The notes under the pieces are model-generated. The model was given only the letters and a program-made list of their open reading frames with translations. It was not told where the DNA came from and made no database searches. Positions 1 to 9,958 of a stretch of DNA of 64,000 nucleotides are shown one piece after another. Position 1 is the first letter of the stretch. Each line of letters opens with the position of its first letter. This DNA is from an uncultured Porphyromonadaceae bacterium (GTDB lineage Bacteria; Bacteroidota; Bacteroidia; Bacteroidales; Muribaculaceae): NCBI GenBank assembly GCA_937989585.1, contig CALKRW010000006.1, positions 2,864 through 66,863 of the forward strand. Reading direction: 5' to 3'. Both the position numbers and the translations under genes were made by a program.

Positions 1-1
1 C

Positions 2-172
2 CTCGGCGACAAACCCTTCTTCCGCGACTTCTTCGAGAAACTCATCGGACGCGGCGACATCCGCGGAATGATCGAGCAGGGCCGCTCCGCCGACGAAATC
101 AAGGCCACATGGGCCGGCGACGTCGAGCGCTTCAAGGCCCAGCGCCGTCCCTACCTTCTCTACGCCGAATAA
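2..172 (+). CDS. 3' end of an unidentified gene (56 codons plus stop)
   Basis: Frame is open from the window edge (...LGDKPFFRDFFEKL...RRPYLLYAE) to TAA at 170-172. Codon style matches the neighbours. No family recognised. Confidence 0.4.
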   Translation, partial: LGDKPFFRDFFEKLIGRGDIRGMIEQGRSADEIKATWAGDVERFKAQRRPYLLYAE

Positions 173-205
173 TCCCACCATCATAACACACTCCTCATCC
201 AAGAC

Positions 206-1699
206 ATGACACCTACAATCGTAATCATCACCATCGTCGTATACTTCTGCATACTGATGGCCATAAGTTGGTTTGCCTCGCGGGGCAGCGACAACTCCAC
301 ATTCTTCAACGGCAACCGCCAGGCGCCCTGGGGCCTCGTGGCATTCGCCATGATCGGCGCCACCATCTCGGGCGTGACCTTCATCTCCGTTCCCGGCATG
401 GTCGTGGCCAAGGGCTACAGTTATCTGCAGATGGTGCTCGGCTTCATCGTCGGCTACTTCGTGATAGCCTGCGTGCTCGTCCCGCTGTTCTACAGGCGCA
501 ACCTCATCTCCATCTACGGCTACCTTGAGGAGCGCTTCGGCAAGTCGACCTACAGGACCGGCGCGTGGTTCTTCTTCGTCTCCAAGATTCTTGGCGCTGC
601 GGTCCGCTTCTTCGTGGTGTGCGCCGTGCTCCAGATGATGGTCTTCGGACCGCTCGGCATACCCTTCGAGTTCAACGTCATCGTCACCATCGCCCTGATC
701 TGGCTCTACACCGTGCAGGGCGGCGTCAAGACTCTGATATGGACCGACACGCTGAAGAGTTTCTGCCTGATAATGTCCGTCGTGCTGTGCATCTATTTCA
801 TCGCCACCAACCTCGGCTTCTCGGCCGGCGAGATGGTCTCGGCCATCGGCAGCCACGCCTCGTCGCGCATGTTCTTCTTCGACAACCCGATGGAGGGCAC
901 ATACTTCTGGAAGCAGTTCCTTGCCGGTGTATTCATGGCCATAGCCACCAACGGCCTCGACCAGGACATGATGCAGCGCAACCTTGCCTGCAAGGACTCG
1001 CGCCAGAGCCAGAAGAACATGATTGTCAGCGGCATCGTCCAGTTCTTTGTCATCGCCCTCTTCCTCCTGCTCGGCACGCTGCTCGTGATTTTCTGCGACA
1101 GCAAGGGTGTGGCGCTTCCCGAGAAGAGCGACGAACTGTTCTCCACTGTGGTCAACCACGAGTCGATGCCCGTCATCGTCGGCGTGCTTTTCGTTGTCGG
1201 CCTCATCGCCGCCGCCTACTCGGCAGCCGGTTCGGCGCTGACCTCGCTCACCACCTCGTTCACCGTTGACGTCCTCGGCGCCCACAAGAAACAGGACGAG
1301 AAGCGACTCACCCGCACCCGCAAGGGCGTCCACGTCGCCATGTCCGTCGTCATGGGCCTCATCATCATTTTCTTCTACTATCTCAGCGAGGAGGATGCCA
1401 TCTCGGCGGTCTACACCCTGGCCTCCTATACCTACGGTCCAATCCTCGGCCTCTTCGTGTTCGGCCTGTTCGGACGCCGTCCGGTGCGCGACCGCATGGT
1501 TCCCGTTGTCTGCGTACTCGCTCCGTGCCTTTCGTGGGTCACACAGTGGGCGCTGAAGACCTGGCTCGGCTACACCACATCGTTCGAACTCCTGCTGATA
1601 AACGCCGCCTTCACCATCGTCGGCCTCCTGCTGCTCTCCAGGCCCGCAATCAAGGCTCCCGAAGACACCCCGCTCGACGTGAAGGACGCTACGCTCTGA
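206..1699 (+). CDS. sodium:solute symporter (SSS) family transporter
   Basis: 497-aa polytopic membrane protein. The N-terminal region (FFNGNRQAPWGLVAFAMIGATISGVTFISVPG) is typical of the SSS family. Confidence 0.8.
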   Translation: MTPTIVIITIVVYFCILMAISWFASRGSDNSTFFNGNRQAPWGLVAFAMIGATISGVTFISVPGMVVAKGYSYLQMVLGFIVGYFVIACVLVPLFYRRNLISIYGYLEERFGKSTYRTGAWFFFVSKILGAAVRFFVVCAVLQMMVFGPLGIPFEFNVIVTIALIWLYTVQGGVKTLIWTDTLKSFCLIMSVVLCIYFIATNLGFSAGEMVSAIGSHASSRMFFFDNPMEGTYFWKQFLAGVFMAIATNGLDQDMMQRNLACKDSRQSQKNMIVSGIVQFFVIALFLLLGTLLVIFCDSKGVALPEKSDELFSTVVNHESMPVIVGVLFVVGLIAAAYSAAGSALTSLTTSFTVDVLGAHKKQDEKRLTRTRKGVHVAMSVVMGLIIIFFYYLSEEDAISAVYTLASYTYGPILGLFVFGLFGRRPVRDRMVPVVCVLAPCLSWVTQWALKTWLGYTTSFELLLINAAFTIVGLLLLSRPAIKAPEDTPLDVKDATL

Positions 1700-1730
1700 T
1701 TCCTGTCCACCTCTTTCCCCGTCTAAACCT

Positions 1731-2723
1731 ATGTCCCAGACCCTACTGAACCGCTACATCTGGATTCTTGACACCATCAAGCGTCACGGACGTATAACCC
1801 GCGCGGCCCTCGACGACCTGTGGGCGCGCTCTCCGCTGAGTGACGGCGAGACCATGTCGCGCCGCACGTTCTACAACTACCGCCAGGCCATTCAGGACCT
1901 GTTCAACATAAACATCGAGTGCGACGCGGCCACTTACGAGTACTACATCGCCGACGAGGACAAGCACAACCGCTCGGTGACCGACTGGCTGCTCAACTCC
2001 GCCGCCGTCAGCGACGTGCTCCAGAACTCCCGCGAGGTGTCCGGACGCATCTTCCTCGAGGACATTCCCTCGTCGCGCGAGCATCTCGCCACTGTCATCG
2101 ACGCCATCAAGGCTTCGAAGATCATCACCTTCGACTACAACAACTTCACGCGCTCGCGTCCCGCCACAGGCTTGCGTTTCGAGCCGTATGTGCTGAAACT
2201 CTTCCGCCAGCGCTGGTACGTCGTGGGCATGAACGTCAAGGAGTCGCGCCTCAAGACCTACGCCCTCGACCGCATGAGCCGCGTGGCCATAGAGTCCGCG
2301 TCGTTCGCGCTGCCCGACGGCTTCGATCCCGACGCGTACTTCCGCGACTCGTTCGGCATCGTTGTCACCCGCCAGGCTCCGCGTCGCATAGTGCTTCGCG
2401 CCGAGCCGCTCCAGTCGAAATACCTCCGCGCCTTGCCCCTCCACGCCTCGCAGCGCGAGACCGTACACGACACCTACTCGCTCTTCACCTACCGCATGCG
2501 CGTCACCGAGGACCTGTGCGACGAACTGATGTCGTTTGGCCCGCGTGTCACCGTAATCTCGCCTCCCGAACTGCGCGCGATGATGATCGATCGCCTCAAG
2601 CGCGCCCTCGAGGGCTACACCACCGACCCGGCCCCAGTCTCCCGACCGGCCCTTACCGGCCTGGCGGCGGTGACAGACGCCGCGCTTGTGACCCGCCAGG
2701 GCAAGAACGAGTCCAAAAAATGA
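1731..2723 (+). CDS. WYL-domain transcriptional regulator (N-terminal HTH plus WYL)
   Basis: The N-terminus (RYIWILDTIKRHGRITRAAL) is wHTH-like. The central segment FEPYVLKLFRQRWYVVG is the WYL signature. Confidence 0.75.
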   Translation: MSQTLLNRYIWILDTIKRHGRITRAALDDLWARSPLSDGETMSRRTFYNYRQAIQDLFNINIECDAATYEYYIADEDKHNRSVTDWLLNSAAVSDVLQNSREVSGRIFLEDIPSSREHLATVIDAIKASKIITFDYNNFTRSRPATGLRFEPYVLKLFRQRWYVVGMNVKESRLKTYALDRMSRVAIESASFALPDGFDPDAYFRDSFGIVVTRQAPRRIVLRAEPLQSKYLRALPLHASQRETVHDTYSLFTYRMRVTEDLCDELMSFGPRVTVISPPELRAMMIDRLKRALEGYTTDPAPVSRPALTGLAAVTDAALVTRQGKNESKK

Positions 2724-2786
2724 TCTCACGTGACACTGTTTTTAAAGATTCCGGGACAAAAAAGCCCGAAAACAACAAATTTTTCT

Positions 2787-2794
2787 TAAATTTG
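2787..2794 (+). promoter_or_regulatory. Bacteroidota -7 promoter box (TAAATTTG)
   Basis: Exact match to TAnnTTTG about 40 nt upstream of the POT transporter ATG. Confidence 0.55.
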
Positions 2795-2836
2795 GCCTCA
2801 TAAAGAATAAACCATAAACTCCACAAACCACAAATT

Positions 2837-4396
2837 ATGTTCAAGAACCAACCTAAAGGACTGATTCCCGCGGCGTTGAGTAACATGGGCGAGCGTTTTG
2901 GCTACTATATCATGAATGCCGTGCTCGTGCTGTTCCTCTGCTCGAAGTTCGGTCTGAAAGAGGAGACATCGACCCTCATCTATTCGTGCTTCTATGCAGG
3001 CATCTACATTCTGTCGCTTGTCGGCGGTATCATCGCCGACCGTACGCAGAACTACAAAGGCACCATCATCCGCGGCCTTATAATCATGACTTTGGGTTAC
3101 GCCCTGCTCGCCATTCCCATTCTTGCCACTTCAGGCAACACCACATGGCTGCTGACCTTCACATGTGTCGCCCTTTTCCTCATCGCCTTCGGCAACGGCC
3201 TGTTCAAGGGCAACCTCCAGGCCATCGTCGGCCAGTTGTACGACAACCCCAAATACGAGGCTCAGCGTGACTCAGGCTTCCAGATTTTCTACGTCTTCAT
3301 CAACATTGGCGGTCTTATCGCTCCCTTCGTCGCACCTATGCTCCGCTCGTGGTGGCTTGACGTGAACGGCATGGTCTATAATGCCGACTTCCCCGCTATG
3401 TGCCATCAGTTCCTCAGCGTAACAGGTACGGATGCCACCATCACCGCCGACCAGTTCTACGCCTTGGCCACCAAGGTAGGCGCCACCTCTGCCGCCGGCC
3501 TTCAGGAGTTCGCGACAAAGTACCTCGAGGTATTCAACACCGGCATCCACTACTCGTTCATCGCCTCCGTAGGCGCCATGCTCCTTTCGCTGGTAATCTT
3601 CATCTATTCCAAGAAGGGTCTGCCTTCGCCCGCCAAGCGCGAGGCTGTCAAGTCCGTCCAGTACACTGCCGCCGAGAAGGCCGCAATGGCAAAGGAAATC
3701 AAACAGCGCATGTACGCACTCTTCGCCGTGCTCGGCATCGCGGTATTCTTCTGGTTCTCGTTCCACCAGAACGGCACATCTATGTCGCTCTTCGCACGCG
3801 ACTTCGTCGACACTTCGGCTGTCGCTCCCGAGATATGGCAGGCTGTCAATCCCTTCTTCGTGATTGTTCTCACGCCCGTCATCATGATGATTTTCGGCGC
3901 TCTCTCGTCCAAAGGCAAGGAAATCTCCACGCCTAAGAAAATCGCTATCGGTATGGGTATCGCCGGTCTTGGCTATCTCTTCCTTACCATCTACTCCGTC
4001 TATATGGACTATCCTTCGGGCACCGAGTTCCGCGATGCCATCAAGGCAGGTGTCAGTGTCATCAAGTCCGGCTGGTGGGTTCTGATTGTCTACTACTTCT
4101 TCATGACGGTCGCCGAACTCTTCATCTCGCCCCTCGGCCTGTCCTTCGTCTCGAAGGTCGCTCCCAAGCACCTGCAGGGTCTCTGCCAGGGTCTGTGGCT
4201 CGGCGCCACTGCCGTCGGCAACCTTCTGCTCTGGATTGGTCCCTGGATCTACAACAACTACCCCATATGGGTAGCCTGGGTAGTATTCCTTGTAGTCTGC
4301 TTCATCTCGATGGGCGTCATGCTCGGCATGCTCAAGTGGCTCGAGCGTGTCACAACCGACAAGCCCGTCCCCGCTGACGCTCAGGAATCTCTCTGA
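2837..4396 (+). CDS. proton-dependent oligopeptide transporter (POT/PTR2 family, DtpT-like)
   Basis: 519 aa. Carries the PTR2 signature GERFGYYIMNAVLVLFL and has MFS-like polytopic topology. Confidence 0.85.
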   Translation: MFKNQPKGLIPAALSNMGERFGYYIMNAVLVLFLCSKFGLKEETSTLIYSCFYAGIYILSLVGGIIADRTQNYKGTIIRGLIIMTLGYALLAIPILATSGNTTWLLTFTCVALFLIAFGNGLFKGNLQAIVGQLYDNPKYEAQRDSGFQIFYVFINIGGLIAPFVAPMLRSWWLDVNGMVYNADFPAMCHQFLSVTGTDATITADQFYALATKVGATSAAGLQEFATKYLEVFNTGIHYSFIASVGAMLLSLVIFIYSKKGLPSPAKREAVKSVQYTAAEKAAMAKEIKQRMYALFAVLGIAVFFWFSFHQNGTSMSLFARDFVDTSAVAPEIWQAVNPFFVIVLTPVIMMIFGALSSKGKEISTPKKIAIGMGIAGLGYLFLTIYSVYMDYPSGTEFRDAIKAGVSVIKSGWWVLIVYYFFMTVAELFISPLGLSFVSKVAPKHLQGLCQGLWLGATAVGNLLLWIGPWIYNNYPIWVAWVVFLVVCFISMGVMLGMLKWLERVTTDKPVPADAQESL

Positions 4397-4416
4397 GACA
4401 GTTGAACGAAAGATAT

Positions 4417-4471
4417 AAAATTAAGAATTAAGGATAATCCGTCACGGAGACATTCTTAATTCTTAATTTTT
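4417..4471 (+). terminator. intrinsic terminator after the POT gene
   Basis: 12-bp AT-rich stem (ttaagaattaag 4421-4432 pairs with cttaattcttaa 4455-4466), followed by a T-run. Confidence 0.6.
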
Positions 4472-4507
4472 AAAATACATTGATTATAACCGAAACAGAA
4501 CACTGAT

Positions 4508-5647
4508 ATGCTCCGCATAGCGTTTGATGCCAAAAGGGCGCTGAACAATGTCACCGGGCTCGGCAATTATTCCCGCCTCGTGATCGAGGCCATCGCCGGG
4601 TCGGGCATTGATGCCGAACTCCTGCTGATGACCGCGCCCGGCGCCACTCTCGAAAGGGTGTGGAAACTCCTCGCCATGCCTAATGTCCGCCTAGAGGAAG
4701 GCACGGGCTTCGCCGCCCGCCACATGCAGTGGCTATGGCGCTCGCGGAGCATGGTCGGCGATCTGCGCCGCCTGCGCCCTGACATATATCACGGCCTGTC
4801 GAACGAACTGCCGCTCGACATAGAGAAGTCGGGAATTCCTTCGGTCGTGACCATCCACGACCTGATATGGCGCCGTTTCCAATCGGACTACACCGCCATC
4901 GACCGGCGTCTCTACGATATGAAATACGGCCGCTCGGCACGCGCCGCCACCCGTGTCATCGCCATCTCCGAGTGTACTAAGCGTGACATAATCTCCGACT
5001 TCGGCGTCGACCCCGACAGAATCGATGTGATATACCAGGGCTGTGACAGCCAGTTCGCTTCCGCGTCGGTCGAGGAAATCGCCCGTGTCCGCTCTCGTTA
5101 CGGCATCGGCGACAATCCTTATATCATCGCCGTCGGCACAGTCCAGGGCCGCAAGAACCAGTTGCTCGCCGTCAAGGGCCTGCGCGCGCTCCCTCAGGAC
5201 GTGCGACTGGTGATTGTCGGACGCCGCACGGCCTATGCCCGCGACATCGACGCCTACGTCTCGGCGCATCCCGGTCTTGCCGAGCGCATACTGTGGCTCG
5301 AGGGAATACCTTTCGCCGATCTGCCCGCGCTCTATTCCGGAGCGCTGTTCTCCACCTACACCTCGTTCTACGAGGGTTTCGGCATTCCGCTTGTCGAGTC
5401 GCTGCGCTGCGGCGTCCCGGTTATCGCGGCCACGGGCTCCTGTCTCGAGGAGGCGGGTGGTCCGGGAGCGCTCTATGTCGACCCGCACGATGCCGACGCA
5501 TGGGCTGACGCCGCCCAAATGCTGACGGAGGACAAGGCATTGCGCGGAAGAATGGTGCGCGAGGGGCAGGCTCACTGCGAGGCTTTCGACAACGCCTCGT
5601 TCGCCGACAATTTCATCAGAACTTACCGCAAGGCATTGACGTTATAA
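4508..5647 (+). CDS. glycosyltransferase family 1 (GT4-type)
   Basis: The C-terminal motif EGFGIPLVESLRCGVPVIA (E..G....E...G.PV) is typical of GT1/GT4 retaining transferases. Confidence 0.85.
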   Translation: MLRIAFDAKRALNNVTGLGNYSRLVIEAIAGSGIDAELLLMTAPGATLERVWKLLAMPNVRLEEGTGFAARHMQWLWRSRSMVGDLRRLRPDIYHGLSNELPLDIEKSGIPSVVTIHDLIWRRFQSDYTAIDRRLYDMKYGRSARAATRVIAISECTKRDIISDFGVDPDRIDVIYQGCDSQFASASVEEIARVRSRYGIGDNPYIIAVGTVQGRKNQLLAVKGLRALPQDVRLVIVGRRTAYARDIDAYVSAHPGLAERILWLEGIPFADLPALYSGALFSTYTSFYEGFGIPLVESLRCGVPVIAATGSCLEEAGGPGALYVDPHDADAWADAAQMLTEDKALRGRMVREGQAHCEAFDNASFADNFIRTYRKALTL

Positions 5648-5677
5648 GACTAACCCCGATAAGATAAAACACGGAAA

Positions 5678-6739
5678 ATGGAAGGAAAAAGCATACTTAT
5701 AGTTGGCGCAGGCGGCTTCATCGGCGGCTTCATCGCACGCCGTGCCCTCGAACTTGGCTACGAGACATGGGCCGGAATCCGCGAGACCACCTCGCGGCGC
5801 TGGCTCGACGACCCGAGACTGAGATTCGCGGTCTTCGACTACGACAACCCCGACGCACTCCGCGAGCAGGTGGCGCGTTATGCCGCCGAGGTCCCCGGCG
5901 GATGCTGGACTCACATAATCTGGAATCTCGGCGCCACGAAAGCCGTCAACTACCGCGACTTCGACCGCGTGAACTTCGGATACGTCCGCACGTTCGTCAA
6001 TGCCATGGCGGAACTGAATCTGCGCCCCGAGCGTTTCCTCTACATGAGTTCGCTATCGGCCCTCGGTCCCGGCGACGAGCGCAACTACACCCCTCTCGAC
6101 GAGCACACCATAGCCATGCCGAACACCGCCTACGGCCTGTCGAAAATCAAGGCCGAGACCTTTCTCGAGACCCAGGCGTGGCTGCCGTGGATCATTTTCC
6201 GTCCGACCGGCGTCTACGGTCCCCACGAGAAGGACTACCTGATGATGATAAAGTCCATCGACTCCCACTTCGACTTCGGCGTCGGCTACCGCAAGCAGAT
6301 GCTCACCTTCATCTATGTCGACGATCTGGTCGAGGCGATGTTCCGGGCGCTGAATGCCTCGGATGTCGTGGTACATAAGAAATACATCATCTCCGAGCCG
6401 CGCGCCTACACCCAGTCCGAGTTCAGCGACATGGTTACCGGACTGTTGGGCAACCGTTTCGTCATTCCCGTGCGCCTGCCCCTGTGGACCGCTAAGATAG
6501 CTTCGGCTGTCGCCGAGAAATTCGCCGCCGCACGCGGAAAGTCATCGACGCTCAACCGCGACAAGTACAAGATTATGCGTCAGCGCAACTGGTCGTGCGA
6601 CATCACTCCCGCCCAACGCGACTTCGGCTTCAATCCCGAGCACAGCCTCCTCGACGGACTGCGCGCCACCGTGGCCGCATATCGCGCCGATCAGGCCCGC
6701 GCCCGCCTCGACAAGGCCAACCGCCTCGGCATAAGATAA
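5678..6739 (+). CDS. NAD-dependent epimerase/dehydratase (SDR family)
   Basis: Rossmann motif ILIVGAGGFIGGFI and catalytic YGLSK (YxxxK). Confidence 0.85.
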   Translation: MEGKSILIVGAGGFIGGFIARRALELGYETWAGIRETTSRRWLDDPRLRFAVFDYDNPDALREQVARYAAEVPGGCWTHIIWNLGATKAVNYRDFDRVNFGYVRTFVNAMAELNLRPERFLYMSSLSALGPGDERNYTPLDEHTIAMPNTAYGLSKIKAETFLETQAWLPWIIFRPTGVYGPHEKDYLMMIKSIDSHFDFGVGYRKQMLTFIYVDDLVEAMFRALNASDVVVHKKYIISEPRAYTQSEFSDMVTGLLGNRFVIPVRLPLWTAKIASAVAEKFAAARGKSSTLNRDKYKIMRQRNWSCDITPAQRDFGFNPEHSLLDGLRATVAAYRADQARARLDKANRLGIR

Positions 6740-6804
6740 CGGGACCTCGGCCTGCCTGTACTGAGAGGCAGAGCAAACAGTGACATAACAGAAAAAGAAA
6801 AGAT

Positions 6805-7077
6805 ATGAGTTACGCGCTAATCGCTGCCATAATCGTCAGCATCCTGCCCATAGGCTTTTTCCCGCAGATGCTCGAGGCGCTTCCCCCCGACGCCTCGGGA
6901 CAACTCCTCCTGCTTGTCAAACTCTATCCCGTGGCCGTGCTCGGCTACGCCCTGTGCGCGTTCCTCTGCGGACGTCAGCGCACATTGCTCGCGTGGATAC
7001 TCGTCGTTCTGTCACTGCTGACCTCGGCGGCGCTTGTCGTTCCGCTCTTCCTCGGCCTGCCTCCCTACGCGGCCTGA
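6805..7077 (+). CDS. small hydrophobic membrane protein (about 3 TM), function unknown
   Basis: 90-aa ORF made almost entirely of hydrophobic helices, in the same orientation as the upstream genes. No family recognised. Confidence 0.4.
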   Translation: MSYALIAAIIVSILPIGFFPQMLEALPPDASGQLLLLVKLYPVAVLGYALCAFLCGRQRTLLAWILVVLSLLTSAALVVPLFLGLPPYAA

Positions 7078-7124
7078 TTACCCCCTTAGCGCGGAAGGAA
7101 ACTCGTAAAAAATAGTTTGTACAG

Positions 7125-7149
7125 AATCGACCGAGAGGTCGATTTTTTT
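7125..7149 (+). terminator. intrinsic terminator
   Basis: aatcgacc-gaga-ggtcgatt forms an 8-bp stem with a GAGA loop, followed by a run of seven T. Confidence 0.75.
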
Positions 7150-7151
7150 AC

Positions 7152-7159
7152 TAATTTTG
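7152..7159 (+). promoter_or_regulatory. Bacteroidota -7 promoter box (TAATTTTG)
   Basis: Exact TAnnTTTG match 22 nt upstream of the ATG at 7181. This argues against the TTG start at 7157 given in the ORF track. Confidence 0.6.
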
Positions 7160-7180
7160 CGGGCCAAAAAGATTGTTTTT

Positions 7181-8335
7181 ATGAAAAAATCGTTGCTTTC
7201 GCTCGCTTTCGGCACATTCGCGCTGGGCATCGTCGAGTTCGGTATGATGGGAATCCTTAACGACATCGCCTCGGCCCTCGAAATAAGTGTCGTCAAGGCG
7301 GGTCATCTTATTTCCGCTTATTCGGCGGGTGTCGCCGTTGGCGCACCCATGTTGCTTTTCCTGCGCCGCATTCCACTCAGGCGGCTTATGATTCTGCTCG
7401 CGGCGGTGATTGCCATCGGCAACGCCATGGTCGCCGTGTCTCCCAACTTCGAGTGCATGCTTGTGGCCCGTTTCATCTCGGGCCTTCCTCACGGGGCCTT
7501 CTTCGGCGCGGGCGCCATTGTGTGCTCGCGGCTCGCCGACCCCGGCAAGGGAGCCTCGGCTGTCGCTGTCCTCGTCGGGGGCATGACAGTCGCCAACCTT
7601 GTCGGCGTCCCGGTCTTCACCTTCATCTGCAACACCATCTCGTGGCGCATTCCCTTCGGACTTGTCGCGATGATAGGTGTCGCCACGGTGATTGCCATAC
7701 GCTTATGGGTTCCCGCGCTGCCGTCACTGCCCGACACCGGACTCAAGGGCCAGTTCCGTTTCCTCTCGCATCCCCAGCCCTGGCTGATTTATGCCGGAGT
7801 GTTCTTCGGACAGGCTAGTGTCTACTGCTGGCTCAGTTACATCTCGCCCATCATGACCGAGGTGGCAGGCTTCCCCGAGAACTCGATGACATGGATTATG
7901 GTGCTTGTCGGCTTCGGCATGGTTGCCGGCAACTATATCGCCGGACGCTTTTCCGACCGTCACTCGCCCTCGCTTGTGACAGCAATCATAGCCGCTCTCA
8001 TCATCGTGCTGATGCCCCTGGCCTATTTCTTTGCGGCCTCGCGTCCTGCCGAACTGCTGTTCGCCTTCCTTGCTCCGGCGCTGCTGTTCGGTCTCGGTGG
8101 TCCGCTGCAGTATCTCATCGTGCGTTATGCGCGAGGCGGCGAGATGCTTGGCGGCGCCGGCATACAGATATCCTTCAACGTGTCGAATGCCCTGGCAGCC
8201 GCGATGGGCGGCGCCGTCATAAACATGGGCTACGGCCTCGCCTCACCCGCCCTTGCCGGCGTACCCTGCGCAATCATCGGTGCCCTCGCCCTCTTCCGCC
8301 TCCACGCCATCGAGCGACGCACCCCCTCCGCCTGA
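7181..8335 (+). CDS. MFS transporter (AraJ-like efflux permease)
   Basis: About 12 predicted TM helices with MFS-type loop composition. Start moved to the ATG at 7181 (MKKSLLSLAFG). Confidence 0.75.
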   Translation: MKKSLLSLAFGTFALGIVEFGMMGILNDIASALEISVVKAGHLISAYSAGVAVGAPMLLFLRRIPLRRLMILLAAVIAIGNAMVAVSPNFECMLVARFISGLPHGAFFGAGAIVCSRLADPGKGASAVAVLVGGMTVANLVGVPVFTFICNTISWRIPFGLVAMIGVATVIAIRLWVPALPSLPDTGLKGQFRFLSHPQPWLIYAGVFFGQASVYCWLSYISPIMTEVAGFPENSMTWIMVLVGFGMVAGNYIAGRFSDRHSPSLVTAIIAALIIVLMPLAYFFAASRPAELLFAFLAPALLFGLGGPLQYLIVRYARGGEMLGGAGIQISFNVSNALAAAMGGAVINMGYGLASPALAGVPCAIIGALALFRLHAIERRTPSA

Positions 8336-8632
8336 CCGTCCACTCCTTCCCAAATTTCCAGCCTCTCTCTTCCAACCGGTTTTCTCCAACCACTCTCAAG
8401 ACCATATGTTGAACTTTGAGGAGGGTATGGGCGAATTGACCGAGCCCTATCGAGATTCAGGCAAAGGGATTTCCAAAACGGGAAGTCCTTTTGAGGGAGT
8501 GCTTTACCCGATGATTTCAAACTGTGGCTAAGCCGCCATCCCGGACTTACCATAGAAGAGGCCCTTCACCGCTATCGCGAAGGACAAAAAGCCAAACGCC
8601 GCCGACAAGGTCCCAAACTACATTAAACCCAA

Positions 8633-8675
8633 CGCCACCGAGAATCCTCATTTCTCGGTGGCGCTCTTTTATTTT
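8633..8675 (+). terminator. intrinsic terminator at the left edge of the AT-rich islet
   Basis: 12-bp perfect stem (cgccaccgagaa pairs with ttctcggtggcg), followed by ctcttttatttt. Confidence 0.65.
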
Positions 8676-8716
8676 GATAGCCTGTCGCAATTTTTATCCA
8701 CGGATTGGAACCTTTA

Positions 8717-9493
8717 TCATTCTTTGTCTGGAGCAGGAGCGGCAAAAGCCTCTTCTACAATGCCGACGATGGATGCCACAGGATGAATTGAGAATCGTAT
8801 TGTATTCTCATCAGTATGAAAAGTCGTTGAAATCAGAACCTGACGGTTGTTTTCCTTAGGAAAATCACAATTAATATATTCTCCTTTATATCTCTCCAGC
8901 CTATATTCAAAGAAGTCCTTTTTCAATAATTCATCTGAATCATATGAATTATTGGCTTTAGCTTCCTCTCGGAGATCTTCGAATTGCTGGGACGTCAGAA
9001 TCGTATTTATGATTTTCTCTAAATCATCATCTATCATACAGATTTTCCAACCTCTGCGTAATTTATATTGCGGCTGATTTCCAATGGCATCACGATGCAA
9101 TACAAAAAGAGCAGGAAGTTGCTTGATCTTGGATAGTGTGAATCCTTTGGGCACAAAAATCAAATCCTTATCGTGGATACCACAGAATTGCATTGAGTTG
9201 CCATCGACCACGAATTTATAAAAATCCTCCGGATTAAGAATTTTGCCTGTCTTAGAACGAAATTCATTATAATCCACTGATGGAGCAGCCAATACCATAG
9301 GAGCGGAAGGATGATGGGATGAACCTGCGCATACAGTATTATAGGTCTCCGTCAACATCGCATCACGCTTTTTGCGCCTGTTGTTCGACGCACATACCAC
9401 GGTGATTATAAACATGGCGAGAAAGATTATTATAAGGACACATCCTATAATAATCATTACTTCTGAAAACTGTGTGGACGAAGATTCCATCAT
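8717..9493 (-). CDS. membrane-anchored S24 (LexA/UmuD-like) peptidase-domain protein without a DNA-binding domain
   Basis: Single N-terminal TM helix followed by RRKKRD. An Ala-Gly dipeptide (VCAGSS) lies 44 residues before FVVDGNSMQ, the GxSM nucleophile motif. YKLRRG supplies a candidate Lys 44 residues after the Ser. Start assigned to the ATG overlapping the upstream stop (ATGA). Confidence 0.7.
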   Translation of the reverse strand: MMESSSTQFSEVMIIIGCVLIIIFLAMFIITVVCASNNRRKKRDAMLTETYNTVCAGSSHHPSAPMVLAAPSVDYNEFRSKTGKILNPEDFYKFVVDGNSMQFCGIHDKDLIFVPKGFTLSKIKQLPALFVLHRDAIGNQPQYKLRRGWKICMIDDDLEKIINTILTSQQFEDLREEAKANNSYDSDELLKKDFFEYRLERYKGEYINCDFPKENNRQVLISTTFHTDENTIRFSIHPVASIVGIVEEAFAAPAPDKE

Positions 9494-9933
9494 ATATGAG
9501 AGCTGTATGTCAGACCTTTGCTTTTGAAGAAACAAAGATTCAGATTATTAGACATAAACGCCATAACTGCTTTTGAAGCAATCATGGAGCAGATCATCGC
9601 ACCTAAGGCGAGGATTTGATTATACTGTATAAACAACCATCCGAAGAAAGTGGCTGATATTAAGGTAAGGAAAACTGCCGATATAAAAATGAGGACATTA
9701 GAACCGAATTGCTTGTCGGCTTGATGAACACTCAAATCCATATAGTAGATAATCGTCTCCAAAAGGAATATGAAGTAAACAGTCCATCCTCCTATTACAA
9801 GCTGTGTTTGCCATGCACTTATTTTGGGCATAAAGCCAAAGATACCCATTGACAAGCCAATTGCCCATACCAATGTATTGAGAATGGGAATCAGGATATG
9901 ATGAATTTTAGAGTCGTCAAGTGCCATAGCCAT
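9490..9933 (-). CDS. 4-TM membrane protein, function unknown (upstream partner of the S24 protein)
   Basis: 147 aa with four clear hydrophobic helices. Its TGA stop overlaps the downstream ATG. A TATCTTTG promoter box lies 25 nt upstream. Confidence 0.6.
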   Translation of the reverse strand: MAMALDDSKIHHILIPILNTLVWAIGLSMGIFGFMPKISAWQTQLVIGGWTVYFIFLLETIIYYMDLSVHQADKQFGSNVLIFISAVFLTLISATFFGWLFIQYNQILALGAMICSMIASKAVMAFMSNNLNLCFFKSKGLTYSSHI

Positions 9934-9958
9934 TTATAAGAATGGAGTTTTTAGTTTG

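Noticed and set aside
181-411. 76-aa minus-strand ORF, and other alternative-frame ORFs across the SSS transporter (268-528, 565-1269, 793-1206)
   Set aside because: They are embedded in a gene with a clear polytopic SSS-family product and are shadow frames.
8405-8632. Possible small gene upstream of the terminator at 8633: MLNFEEGMGELTEPYRDSGKGISKTGSPFEGVLYPMISNCG, continuing after a +1 shift as ...DDFKLWLSRHPGLTIEEALHRYREGQKAKRRRQGPKLH
   Set aside because: It needs a frameshift to give one product and matches no family I recognise. It may be a remnant left by the element that delivered the adjacent islet. There is too little evidence to call it a gene or pseudogene.
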